DNA of 64,000 bases from Schmidtea polychroa (GCA_044892525.1 CM097885.1:4030001-4094000), one strand, 5' to 3'. Positions 37,501-51,056 are shown, counted from the first letter of the stretch. Notes: generated by a model from the sequence alone, not told the origin. Made by a program: numbers and translations.

Positions 37501-40500
37501 GAGGGCAATGAACAATGATAAATCTGAACGCGATACCCTTTTAGTTGATAATTTATTTATCACTTTTGTTGTTTTCCCATTGACAATTGGATAACTATTC
37601 TCTGTCAACTAATAAAATATACAAAATATGTAACATTATGAAGGTGTACAACTTTTATTCTTATGAAATATATGTCTTACATTCCTCTTTGGACTTCTCA
37701 GCTAGGACCTATTGCTTCCATTTACTTACTAATAAGATGGAGGTGTCAGGCATATGATGATGGTGTCAGCCATATATGATGTTGTCAGTCATATGATGGA
37801 GGTGTCAAGTATATTATGGTGGCGTCAGGCATATAATAAATGTATCAGGCATATGATGGAGATATCAGGCATATGATGGTGGTGTCAGGCATATGATGGA
37901 GATGTAAGGCATATGATGGTGGTGTCAGGCATATTATGGTGGTGTCAGGGATATGATAAAGGTGTCAGGAATATGATAAATATATCAGGCATATGATGGT
38001 GGTGTCAGGCATATGATGGTGGTGTCAGGGATATGATAAAGGTGTCAGGTATATGATAAATATATCAGGCATATGATGGAGATGTCAGGCATATGATGGT
38101 GGTGTCAGGCATATGATGGAGATGTCAGGGATATGATGGTGGTGTCAGGCATATGATGGAGATGTCAGGGATATGATGGAGATGTCAGGCATATGATGGT
38201 GGTGTCAGGCATATGATGGAGATGTAAGGCATATGATGGAGATGTAAGGCATATGATGGTGGCGTCAGGCATATAATAAATGTATCAGGCATATGATGGA
38301 GATATCAGGCATATGATGGTGGCGTCAGGCATATAATAAATGTATCAGGCATATGATGGAGATATCAGGCATATGATGGTGGTGTCAGGCATATGATGGT
38401 GGTGTCAGGGATATGATAAAGGTGTCAGGTATATGATAAATATATCAGGCATATGATGGAGATGTCAGGCATATGATGGTGGTGTCAGGCATATGATGGA
38501 GATGTCAGGGATATGATGGTCGTGTCAGGCATATGATGGAGATGTCAGGGATATGATGGAGATGTCAGGCATATGATGGTGGTGTCAGGCATATGATGGA
38601 GATGTAAGGCATATGATGGTGGTGTCAGGCATATTATGGTGGTGTCAGGGATATGATAAAGGTGTCAGGTATATGATAAATATATCAGGCATATGATGGT
38701 GGTGTCAGGCATATGATGGAGATATCAGGCATATGATGGTGGTGTCAGGCATATGATGGTGGTGTCAGGGATATGATAAAGGTGTCAGGTATATGATAAA
38801 TATATCAGGCATATGATGGTGGTGTCAGGCATATGATGGTGGTGTCAGGGATATGATAAAGGTGTCAGGTATATGATAAATATATCAGGCATATGATGGT
38901 GGTGTCAGGCATATGATGGTGGTGTCAGGGATATGATAAAGGTGTCAGGTATATGATAAATATATCAGGCATATGATGGAGATGTCAGGCATATGATGGT
39001 GGTGTCAGGGATATGATGGAGATATCAGGGATATGATGGTGGTGTCAGGCATATGATGGAGATGTCAGGGATATGATGGAGATGTCAGGCATATGATGGT
39101 GGTGTCAGGCATATGATGGAGATGTAAGGCATATGATGGTGGTGTCAGGCATATTATGGTGGTGTCATGCATATGATGGAGGTGTCAGGCATATGATGGA
39201 GGTGTCAGGCATATGATGGAGGTGTCAGGCATATGATGGAGATATCAGGCATATGATGGTGGTGTCAGGCATATGATGGAGATGTAAGGCATATGATGGT
39301 GGTGTCAGGCATATGATGGAGATGTAAGGCATATGATGGTGGTGTCAGGCATATTATGGTGGTGTCATGCATATGATGGAGGTGTCAGGCATATGATGGT
39401 GGTGTCAGGCATATGATGGTGGTGTCAGGGATATGATAAAGGTGTCAGGTATATGATAAATATATCAGGCATATGATGGTGGTGTCAGCCATATGATGAA
39501 GATTTCAGGCATATGATGGAGGTGTCAGCCATATGATGGAGGTGTTAGGCATATGATGGTGGTGTCAGGGATAAGATAAAGGTGTCAGGTATATGATAAA
39601 TATATCAGGCATATGATGGTGGTGTCAGCCATATGATGGAGGTGTCAGGGATATGATGGTGTGTCACAGTTATACAACTGACTCGCGATTGAATTAATAA
39701 TTAAAATTCCTAAAACATATTTGATATAATTACTAGTCCTATGATTGAATATAATTGATTGAAGTAACCTTTATAACTGACTGATCAAACCTGGGATCTC
39801 TTACCAATATTCTCACTTTCCTTATTTATAAACGCTTGATTTTCAGTAAGCGACAACTTGGATCCAACAAATAAATAGATGTTTTTTACTTATTATTCTT
39901 TTATTATTTTTGTGTTATCCCAATACTATTACCTTTTAATCTTAACATTTCATATTTAAAGCAATTTTAATTAAATTAATTGTATTGATTTGAACCTGTG
40001 CCTAATAGTCATGGTAACGGTAATCAAGTATTGAGAAAATGCTTTGCAGTAAAGTGCAATAGTTTTTTTCAGTTGTGACTGCAATTTAAGCTATGTATAA
40101 ATTAAGCAATCTAAAACCAGAATTGTGAATTGAAACTAGCCAGAAATGACATCTAGGTTCACAGAAATAATGGCACAGAAATGTTATACGTTTCACATAG
40201 GCTTCCTTTGTAAGATATAAAATGCATTTATATATATTTGAGAAGCACATTATTTGATGCTAATTGGTGGCTGATTGGTCAGTTTCTGGATTTGTTAGTT
40301 GATTCCAGTTAGTAGTGAGTCAAGTATGCTTGAAACCAGCCTGTCATTAGAAACCCCAAAAATAATTTGAATTAAAAATTGTTTACGTCATTAATCATCG
40401 TAATTGGGAAAATAAAATTCAAATCAAAAATTGGCTAATATAAATTAATTTGTCAGATCTAGTTGGCTTCATTAGGGGGACCCCGATTTGGATTTCCTAA

Positions 40501-41677
40501 GTATCAAATTATACAATAATTGAAATGAATATCCAAATGTTTTAGCATTGTTAATTTTATTCAGATTTGCCAATTTGGTGGGAAAAGAGAGCTAACCTAT
40601 TTGCGCTTATTGAAGAAGGAACATTGTTAAGTTTCGGACATTTACAATAGGATAGGTAAAAGGAGATTTACATTTCATTCCAAATTAAAAACGATTAAGT
40701 TGCACAAAATTATTTTCCTTTTTAAAAACTAGCAATTAATATTAAAAAAAGGCAGCGCTGAAAATCTTTGTTAAATATAAAACCAAATATTGATTGATAG
40801 CCAATGGCGAAAATTATTTAATAAAAACAAACAATCAATAAATTTTGAGAAAACAATGAACCAAAGGAATAAAAAAATTGTTTTCATTTGTTAAATTTTC
40901 CTTATTCCGTACCTTTTTCCCCTTCTATGAATATTTCAATATCCTCTTACAAAATGGTTATTATTAACTGTATTATCAAATCTCCCCGTTAACTTCCCCC
41001 GCTTTATATTTTCTTATATAACTTTTACTGTCAAAAGCCTCAAACTGGAAGTGGGCCCAATAAAGGTGTGAATGAATAAAATGTTAATAAATTATTTCCT
41101 AACTATCAAATGCAATTATAGGATCAGAAAGAATGATCTTATAAATGTTTACTTCTATTAGTTGTGGCACTTTCAAACTTTCCGTTATCCTGCGTCGTCA
41201 AGGGAGGTTTGATCATCCTATTTGCACAATGAGGCTTCTCCGTGAATTCATGCCGATAGACACTCTGATCATTCATTGGAGTGCAGGGCGGCTCATACTT
41301 TTGATGCTCTCTTTTTGAAACAGGGTGAACATCGTGAGCAATAAAGTCTGCCCTGAAAGACAAATAAAGAGACTTAAAACGATATTGCAGTCAAATTATC
41401 GAAACCAAAAATGCTCCATACCGATTTGTTGTCACAGTCGAAAGCGGACAATCACTTAAAATTGGATTATAAGGCGGCTTGCAAGATTCCGGCCGTTCTG
41501 ATGGACGGGCATGATACTGACCGCCGTATTCGGAACAAATTTCCGGACCCCATCCGGCAACCGGATGTGATTTGTGCGGACATTTGTGCTTTCTAACCAA
41601 TGAAATTCAGCTAAAATAATATTATGTAAATAAATCATCTTACCCGCAATTGCAAATTTTGCAAATACATTCACCAC
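34502..41677 (-). CDS. SAXO/FAM154-like stabilizer of axonemal microtubules; 5'-most exon not resolved
   Basis: Exons about 41677-41644 (GECICKICNCG), 41592-41420 (KHKCPH), 41352-41153, 37389-36874, 36825-36635 and 34765-34502. Repeated Mn-type motifs (F...TT.R.DF/Y) and a C-terminal GYCYNGEDNDGH. The junctions I checked preserve frame. Confidence 0.85.
35040..35583 (+). mobile_element. Internally deleted mariner remnant in a SAXO intron
   Basis: APS..V.KW..F N-terminal segment, HPPYPSDLGLCDLFL (decayed HPPYSPDLAPxD), KCINLK..EK* C-terminus, and a 3' end CCTCA|TA. Confidence 0.75.
35973..36081. mobile_element. Possible TTAA-flanked piggyBac-like MITE
   Basis: TTAA at 35969 and 36082, with an internal inverted repeat CCACTGGTGGTCACCC / GGAGTGACCCACCGGTGG. 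The termini match poorly. Confidence 0.35.
37732..39666. repeat. 20-bp tandem array (about 96 units) inside a SAXO intron
   Basis: Consensus ATATGATGGTGGTGTCAGGC. The phase is unbroken from 37791 to 39660. Confidence 0.97.
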
Positions 41678-42759
41678 CTGTAGCAAACATCACCTATCAA
41701 GCATACAAATAACAATTCAAATCTATTAATTATTTGTTTTCGTGACAAACTTCAAACAAAATTAATTCGTTAAAACAAATTTTCAACGTTATTAAATTTT
41801 ATAAATGAGAATTTTGAGTTTAATGAAAAAGTTATTAATAAAATCTTTAAGAAATATTTTTATATTTATCCTTTTGTAAAAGCGATTCAATCAAGCGTTA
41901 AGCAAGATTTTATCACGAATGGGAAAATTCATTTGACAATTTATTCGTAAATAATTGAGAAGGACTTTTTCAAAAGGCTGACATTGAAATTGTAAGGAAA
42001 ATATAATTTTGTATTAAAGATTTTAGTNNNNNNNNNNNNNNNNNNNNNNNNNNNNNNNNNNNNNNNNNNNNNNNNNNNNNNNNNNNNNNNNNNNNNNNNN
42101 NNNNNNNNNNNNNNNNNNNNNNNNNNNNNNNNNNNNNNNNNNNNNNNNNNNNNNNNNNNNNNNNNNNNNNNNNNNNNNNNNNNNCGATTTCACCTCTGAT
42201 TTCAATTCAATTGACATTGGATTTATTAAAAATTTGACCTTGAATCAATAAAAATATCGATGTTTTTCTGATATTCACGAATTTTCGGCACTGCCTTTTT
42301 CAAGTGAAAAATAAATTTAGAGAAAAATTGAATGGAAAACATTAAAATGTGGTTAATGAGAATATATACAAATAATAAATGATTAATAATTAAATTAAAT
42401 TAAATTAACAAAAATAAAGGGATGTAGGAATAGAAATATAAAAAGAAAAATAATGTTTGAATAATGTCAAAAGGTATAAAGAAAAAGACAAAGGAATGAT
42501 TATAGTTACATCTGATTTATTTAAAATAGAACACTTATTTGTCATTATAAACTTTATTCAAATTTTAAATTAGATACCGAATATTTAAAAAAACTTTGGA
42601 CATCGGGTAGAAAGTTTGAGTAAAGAAACCGACAAGAAAGAAATTTGCAAATAAAGACATGTAACCGAATAATAAGAAAAGACCTTGATATGAACGAATA
42701 GTCCTCATATTAGCGAGAAATAAGCGAGTTGAATCAACGAGTGTAAACGCCGTAAAATA

Positions 42760-43150
42760 TTAACCAAAATGAGCAAAATGCAGGAAGTTATAGAAACTAG
42801 AGATAAAACAGAAAATCAAAGAAACTAAAGGTTGACGTTTACAGAGGCGACAAAGAAAATTTCGAAGGTAACTGATGAAGCAGTTTATCAAGTAGTTTAT
42901 AAAGAAACAAAGATAACGAAAGCAAAGGATTTAATGGCGGAAATATTCAATTTCAAGGAGAAATACAATGGCGAACAATTCAATGGAAAACCTAACAGCT
43001 TATCAAGCTTCATTCGCCAATTCGAAGTATATTGCGATGTGCTAAAAAGGACATCCGAAATTGTAATGAGATTGGCAGGTGAATAAAAGGATATATGACA
43101 CTATCAAAAACCTCGAAAGAAATTAAGGAAGCCCTCGTAACATATATGGT
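42760..43150 (+). mobile_element. Possible Ty3/gypsy gag fragment
   Basis: EQFNGKPNSLSSFIRQFEVYC..RLAG resembles the F.G....FI..FE..C..L.G gag N-terminus. No LTR was identified. Confidence 0.35.
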
Positions 43151-44448
43151 TTAGTTTGATATCAGAATCAGCCCTAGCAATTGCGTGTTTTTTATAAAAC
43201 TAAGACCCTAAAATAAAAAAAACATTAACAGTACACAATTTATCTAGGGTTGATGAACAAATTCTCGGGAAATCGCCGTATTAACCTCAAAACAATGGCT
43301 CAAAAAGGTCAATTTGTGACAAACGAGCAACAATATATAAATGAAGAAGTTACTAAAATTCTATAAAAATAAGTAGCAAAGAATAGTAAAAAATCCGAAA
43401 ATGTTCCAGGTCGGTTGCCTTATGGAATCCCCATGCAGGATTAATTAGATATTGCCAATTTTCATAAAATTAATTTCATGATATTGACCCTGAATATTGG
43501 GACAGATTCTCCTCACGAAATAAATAATTCTTGTTAAATAAATAAAAAATATTTATTAACTTTATTTATATTTAATAACTTTAAATGAATAAAAACCATT
43601 GACCCATAGCCTGACTCAGGATAGCGTGAGAAAATAACTTGTGGATGCCTTGCTACCATTACAGCATTAGCATTGACCTCCATAAATTATTTATTATTTA
43701 TTTTTATAGAAACTAAAATTATAATTTAAAGATAATTTTTTTTAAATGCCATAAAATAATATAAATATTTATTTTTCTATTCAGCAAAATGCATTTTAAT
43801 TCACATAATTTTCCAGTGCTTTGATATTCTGCATTCAATGAGATTTATAATAAATATTTAATTACTTTAAATGAATATAAATTATATTTATAATTTCTAA
43901 TGACATTTCATATACATTTTATAATTACTGATATATTAGGTCTATAATTAATTAGTTACATAAATTGCTGCAAAAGGCTTATCTTATCACTTAGCTGTTT
44001 ATTGTTAATTTATGCTNNNNNNNNNNNNNNNNNNNNNNNNNNNNNNNNNNNNNNNNNNNNNNNNNNNNNNNNNNNNNNNNNNNNNNNNNNNNNNNNNNNN
44101 NNNNNNNNNNNNNNNNNNNNNNNNNNNNNNNNNNNNNNNNNNNNNNNNNNNNNNNNNNNNNNNNNNNNNNNNNNNNNNNNNNNNNNNNNNNNNNNNNNNN
44201 NNNNNNNNNNNNNNNNNNNNNNNNNNNNNNNNNNNNNNNNNNNNNNNNNNNNNNNNNNNNNNNNNNNNNNNNNNNNNNNNNNNNNNNNNNNNNNNNNNNN
44301 NNNNNNNNNNTTGGCAAAGATGAAATATAATGGGAAAATTCATTCGCTGAATCCTTCCATCCTATTGGTCATAAATAAATTATATAATTGGTTAATTCCA
44401 TGAATATATATAAATAAAAATTTGACTGATTATTTGCAGGTTTTGACA

Positions 44449-46123
44449 ATGGATCTCAAATGGATTCTCACAATACAAAATCAAACTGGCTTCATTGGAA
44501 CGGATTATATTTATAAATATCCCGGTAAGTAGGCAAGGTTTTCATTTTCTTTTGATTTATTTTATTTAGTCACTGCCATGACGTTTCTAGTAATGCTTTC
44601 GCTCTCTACGACAATTGGCGGCATTGGGAACATTCTCACAATCATTGCCATCACCACCACTAAGGTAAGTTCATACCTTCAATAAATGCATTTATGCAAT
44701 TGAAATAAATTACAAAATATAAAAATTAAAAGTCTTCAGTTGTAAGAAATCTGCTAGAAAGATTGTCACAGGTCCATTATCCTGTTTCTGATCTCCTCCA
44801 GGAATTCCATCCTCCTTATACCTCTACTCGTACTCTATATATAAAGAGAGTTGCGTATTCAATTTGCATAATCCAGAGTTTGATGGAATTGTATAGAATC
44901 AAGATCCATTTATCACTTAGTCCATGATACTAGATCCCAATTTCAGAGGAGGGTCAACTCTAGAACTCATAGACAATCAGTTTGGAGTCTCAATATTGTC
45001 TTTCTTCCTATTTAACAGTTTATTTTCTGACTTTCGATATTAAAGTTCTTCAAATTTCAATCTGGATCTTTAATCTAATAATAAATCATCAAGATCCGTC
45101 TCATATCAAACTGTTTTCAAGCTCTTCTTGATAAGATCTTACAAAGATTAAGCTTACTCAATGGTTTTGATTGCTAGTGATAGTACAAATATAACAAAAA
45201 GTGTATATGGAAATTATTTTAATATCCTTTAAAAAGTAAATTTGTATCCAGGAACTGAATACGACGGGTAACATGTTTGTGGTAAACTTGGCTATAACAG
45301 ACTTGGTGGTGAGCTTATTTGTAAATCTTTTCAACATGGCTGGTAGGTATCTTTATATTTTCATTAATATTATTATCTTTCTATAGGGGTGATAATCGGT
45401 GAGTTGTTCTTTCGTGTAAATAGGTGGCTTTGTGAATTGGTCGGAGCCTTATGCTTGACGGTTTGCATTTGCTCCCTTTTAAGCATTACCAGTGTTGGAT
45501 TCAATCGTTATATCTTCATTGTCCACAACCCTTTATATCACAAGATCTATACCCGTCGAAATACAACTTTCTTTTGTGTCGGATTGTGGATAATTTCATT
45601 TATCGCTCAAATGGGAAACGAGATTGGCTGGGGGGACAATGCATTTGATAGAAAGACACTCAGTTGCATTTATAGCCGAACGGCAGCAAGGTCATTTACA
45701 AATTTCTTTGCGGGATTTTTAGTGACAGCACCAATAATATTTACGGCTATTTGTTACATTCTTATATTTTATCACTGGAAAAAGTCTGCAAATCGAGTCA
45801 AGGAAATGAAAGGCGAAAAGTCTAATAAACAAAATTCAGAAACAAGTAATTCTATGAGACTTGCACGGATGCTTTTTGTGATTTATTTCACATTTGTAAT
45901 GTGTTGGTTCCCATATGCAATAATTGTGTTGATCGATGTCAATGACTCTTTTCCGACCGAGGTTCATGGGACCCTGATCATAACCGCGCACCTTAACAGC
46001 AGCTTAAATGCCATTCTCTATGGATTCACGAACATTCAATTTAGAAGGGCTTATTATAAGCTTTTGGGATTGCAAAGATTTATAGAGAAACAAAATCCTG
46101 GAACAATTTCAGTGGCCATTTAA
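44449..46123 (+). CDS. Class A GPCR, melatonin-receptor-like, 4 exons, 332 aa
   Basis: Exons 44449-44524, 44570-44664, 45252-45342 and 45387-46123 join in frame (introns 45, 587 and 44 nt). N-glycosylation site NQT, TM1 GN, TM2 LAITD, TM3 C and NRY, TM6 CWFP, TM7 NSSLNAILY. Confidence 0.9.
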
Positions 46124-46449
46124 TGCTGACCATTTTCACACCGAGCACAGCATAAGATTTATAGACTATCATTCCTAGTGAAAAATATATTTTTAGATTT
46201 TCAGCATTTTTTCAATGCTTTTTATGTAGAATTTTATGATTTGTTGAAAATTTCAAATTCGTTTTAATCTAAATTTTATAAGAGGTCAAGATCATTTCAA
46301 TTTTACTTTTAAGAATTTCATTTATTTTCACTACGAATATAGATCAAAATTATTTAAATCGTAATAAAATTAATGAAATGTTAAAAAGAAAACAAAAACA
46401 AATCAAATATGAACAAAACAATAAACAAAACAGTTTCTGTGTATGACGG

Positions 46450-46715
46450 TGTCTCCAGAGGCGAATATGATTTTTCATACGCCGATATTTGTTTGCAGAT
46501 ATTTGTTTCTGTGATTTAGCGAATTTGCAAGTGATATGATTTCCAGTGTAGCAGGTAAAACATGCAATAGAGTTGAATCAGCAATATTGTATACTTACCT
46601 GGCGCGAAGAGAAATCTTCGCGTCTCCTGCATAGTACTGATGAGAGCCATAAACTCGAAACTAGTCTACTATTGGGATTTGCACTGGGTATCATAAAGCT
46701 TGTAATGTTTATCTT
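46450..46715 (+). mobile_element. Short repeat carrying a hammerhead ribozyme, copy 2
   Basis: Homologous to 8420-8700, including an identical CGCGAAGA-GAAA-TCTTCGCG hairpin. Confidence 0.75.
46631..46672 (+). ncRNA. Minimal type I hammerhead ribozyme
   Basis: ATAGTA-CTGATGA-GAG-CCATAAA-CTC-GAAA-CTAG-TC-TACTAT. The core is intact, stem III is the palindrome ACTAGT, and cleavage is predicted after 46666. Confidence 0.85.
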
Positions 46716-46845
46716 AATGAAAGCTATTATCATAAAAATAACCTGGAAAAAATATCATACATAAAAAATTATAACCAATTTTTACTTTTATTAATTCCTA
46801 CGAATTCGATAGCAACTACAACTGGCTGGGGAGGAGGGTTCTTAC

Positions 46846-49587
46846 CAGGAATGCTTTCTTACCGGTTCGCGCCGGTTCATGCGAACCGTTAGATGTAAAT
46901 TCTATGGTTCGTGCGAACCGGCTATTAAAATAAGCGAAAAAAAAATTATTTACTTTGTCAAAAAAAAATACGCGAAAAAAAAGTTATTTAAATAAAATTT
47001 ATTTACCATTTGGTGCAAATTTATATAAACAGTTTGAAAATTTTATCTAATTTTCATTGCGATTCTAATTTTTTTCTTTATAGAAATCTTGCAGTTAATT
47101 TTAACAAAAATAAAAAAAATTTTAAATTTTATCAAGTTACCATAGATAGATATATATGTAAAAGTTAAATCTATTTCTAATTTCTATTGAAAAAGTTCAA
47201 TCTAAATATTTCATTTTATCGGTTATTATTTGTTTTGTTCTGTTAAGTTTTTATACATTTAAGTTAATTATTTTTCTAATAAAACCGAAGATTTTTAAAA
47301 AATTTAATAAGGTAAGTTCAATTAACTATTTTCATGCTTTAACACCTTAACGCGCACTGACATATATATACGTTCGCGCAAAACCGGATAGTTTTTGAAT
47401 AGTTTTAGTTCATTATTTTTCAGCTAATAAATATTATTATTATATTATTGTTACATTATATAGTTATTTATTGAAATTGGTCCAAATATATATTTTCTTA
47501 AATAAAAAAAATTTATTTTTTTTGGTCGTTTTTTTTTAAATTGTGCGTTAAGGGGTTAAGTTAAATAATTTATTTTTAAATACCTATTTTATTTATCGAA
47601 AAAAATAAGAGAGGAAACATCAGTAAGTAATGATAGCAGGTCGACTATAACAGAGACAGAAGCAGTTTCAATAACTTTACAGGAAGAAATAATAGAGGTT
47701 CCTAGTTCCCAAAATGATGACAATAATAATTTACCAAGCTGTTGGAATGCGAAACAGTGAAGGAGTTTAAAATTAAATTTGATGGGCTATTTGTCAGTAA
47801 TCAGAAATTCCACCATTTCCTGTAAATCAACGCATATAATTTTCATCAAAGTAGAATCTTCTACAGTAGAATCTTCTGAAATATCCCCAATAATGTTCGT
47901 AGCTATTGTGGAGCTTGACGCACAAGATGCGAATACTATTTTTCAAAGTTTGTTGGGTGTATTGCTTGCTGTTGGATTTGATACAAATTATTTAAAACTG
48001 AATTTAATAGGATTCTGTTCTGACGGTGCTAGCGTAATGCTCAGTTGTAAATCTGGAGTCAGTGTACGAATAAAAGAGATATTTCCAAATGTTATTATTT
48101 GGTACTGTCTCAATCACCGTCTACAACTTGTTTTAGATGATTCCATAAACGATATCAAACAGGTTAATCATTTTAAAGTTTTCATGGACAAAATATATTG
48201 TATTTTTCATCAATCTAATAAAAACCAAAAAGAACTGAATAATATTTCCCAGGAGCTTAGTTTTGATATAATTAAGATTAGAAGAGTGTTATTACAAAGA
48301 TGGGCTGCGTGCAGCCTAAGATCTGCTCTTGCTGTATGGCGGAGCTACCCTGCTTTGTATACGTTGTTCTCTTCTAACCAATAAATGTCTGGAATGGCAA
48401 AACGACTACAAAACAAATGTTTTCTAGTAGATTTAGCTTTAATGATTGACATCCTACAGGAGTGCTCTCTACAATCTAATGCCCTTCAAGCTAGAAATAT
48501 AAATGTTGCAAGGGGAGATCAACTGATTAGAAGAACAATTAACGCTTTTCAAATTCTCAAAGATTGTCGCGGTCATTACGAAAAAAAAGTGGATGAAGTT
48601 ATAAACGGTGAAGCATTCAAAAACATTATCTTCGTCGAAAACAGAATGTATGGAAACCTTCCCAGAGATTCCCTTATTGCAGCATCATAAAAAATATGAA
48701 ATTAAAATTGATGGATTGCTCTCGTCTCGGATCAAATAGTAACAAAAAAATATTGATAATAGCATTATTTATGAGCTAGCCAATTTGCTAGAGCCGAGCA
48801 CATGGAAAATTGGAGATATTGTAGTTCCGTGGACAGAGGCCGAAAAGAATTTTGATAAATTTCGAAAAGTTTTTAATTTTGATATCGATAAGAATGATTT
48901 CCATGATTATGTAGAAAATGTAATAAACAATGGCTAACAACAAATTAGCAAAATTGCAGAAAACATTCAAAAAGCGAGAAATATGGTTAATACGGTTGCC
49001 GTTAGCAATGCTGAAGCAGAACGAGGATTTTCATTGATGAACATCATAATTGCTGATATAAGAGCCAGATTAACAGCGCAGACAGTATCAAATTTGATGA
49101 CATTAAACTTAGTTGGTCGTCCATTAGAAACTTGGAACGCAGTTCCCTATGTAAAAACTTGGTTGAGGAACCATAACTCGGCAGATGATACCAGGGTTAA
49201 AAAATCTAAACCGAAAGAATATACTGAAAATCAATTAGCTATTTGGAAATATTTTAAATAATATAATTACTTTATAACAATAATATTTACAATGCAATTT
49301 CACAATTTTTTTGTTATGTTCAGTTTTTTTATGTAAATTTTGTATCTCTTGAAATGAATAAATAAAATAAAAGTGATTTTTACCTCGTTGAATTATTTTT
49401 TTATTCTCTTTTATCCTATTACATTATTGTTGCAAAGAATATGAACGATAGTTAAATATTCTTGACTTAGTCTGCTACTCTGACAAATCATAATATTTTG
49501 ATGGAAATTTTAATATTAAAAAAATAAAAAAATTTGTAAGAAAATATCACTGCGAACCGGCTGATAAATTTTCTGAAAGCATCCCTG
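46846..49587 (+). mobile_element. Full-length hAT DNA transposon (KIAA1586/ZNF862-like transposase, disrupted), 2742 bp
   Basis: TIRs CAGGAATGCTTTC and GAAAGCATCCCTG, perfect 8-bp TSD GTTCTTAC (46838-46845, 49588-49595), subterminal GCGAACCGG repeats. Transposase pieces FCSDGASVM, CLNHRL, RWAA and SNAEAERGFSLMN are split by stops and frameshifts. Confidence 0.95.
47343..47555. mobile_element. piggyBac-like MITE nested in the hAT
   Basis: TTAA|CACCTTAACGCGCAC ... GTGCGTTAAGGGG|TTAA. Confidence 0.7.
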
Positions 49588-51056
49588 GTTCTTACGTGTT
49601 TTGCTCTTGGTTTCTTATCGAACTCAAAATTATTTTATCGAGTTTCTTTAATAACTTCTTGATATGATTTATCAATTTTTTTACTCGAATTCTTGATTTG
49701 AATTATCTAGTACCCTTATCGTATTCTTGAATCTCGGAGTTTAAAGTAGTTAGTTTACTTCTTTTCAAATCTGAGATTTAGTTTGAACGTAGTTTTGACA
49801 TTATCTTAGTAGTTTTAAGTTTTTACACTCTGTTTAGTGTGTCTTTATATATTTAAAATCAGTGGCTGTAGGTGTTCACTAGACTGTTTAACTTCTAATA
49901 TACGTGTTTTCAACAACTACATCCCTCATGAATACTAACTCTTTTTTGAAATATGTATTTGATTTTTTTGTAGGTTTTAAATTGAATTATTTATTAGTGG
50001 ATTTTAAATGCTGATGATCTTATCAAGCTTCTTTATTCAATGTTGAGCTGTTGTGTATTTTTCGCTTTAATATATTCTTAATTATATTTTTTGCCTTTTA
50101 TTTACATTTCTATTTTGTTTTTTCAATTTTCGTTTTATTTTACTTTAATTCTTGCTTTCCTCATTATATAATAAATGTTTTAATATTTTTAATCTTCCAC
50201 GTTTCCCTATTGCTGTTTTAGAGCATTTGATAAACAATTATAGTTTCTCACTTTCTGCCCAATAGCGAGACTCGTTTCACCATCAAAATCAAATTACCTG
50301 AAGAGTCTTGATCATAAAAGTGAGATATCGTCTGTCTGATCATTTTGCTTCAATTCAAAGAGAGCGCGTAGAGACATTGTTACTAACGATTACAGTAGAA
50401 TAAATGTTCCAATCAATTAGCTCATTCGCAAAATTTATTGTGAATGCATGCGATATTTTAATAAACATTTTAAGTAATAGTTATAGATATGGTTGCCATA
50501 TGTTGAGGTTCAAAGTAATAACAATATCCAAATTGTAGGACTGTTATACTGAAAGTTGGCAACTCAAATTTTAGCAGTATAGTTGATATTCTAAATAATA
50601 TTTAAAATAATTTCAATTCTTTATTTAATACTTAATATTAAATTGATATTTTAATCTAGATGCCTTGCTTAGATTTTTCTCGTTAAAATTTTTTTTGCTA
50701 AAAGTAGGACAATTTCCCTTTCATGTAGAACGTAGGACAAACATCCAAATTGTATTAATGTCCTACCGAAAGCAGGACGTGTGGCAAATCTAGTTATTGA
50801 ATAAAAAACAACAGAAATTATTCAGAACATAACGCAACACAACAAATCTCTCATTTAAACTCACCAATTTTGTCAACAAACAGAAGCCACTGTTCCACCG
50901 GAAGATGAACTGACAATCTAAATCAGAAATATGAATGCCAATTTAGTAGATAGTGGATAATTAAAACATTTATTTACAAAACTATGTATATATGTATGTA
51001 GGTGTGTATGTGTGTACAAGATAAATCCACGGCAAATCCTGCGCATTCCACCGTAA

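Noticed and set aside
37732-39666. CRISPR-like or guide array
   Set aside because: No unique spacers, only a few recurring variants, and no cas genes; the context is a eukaryotic intron.
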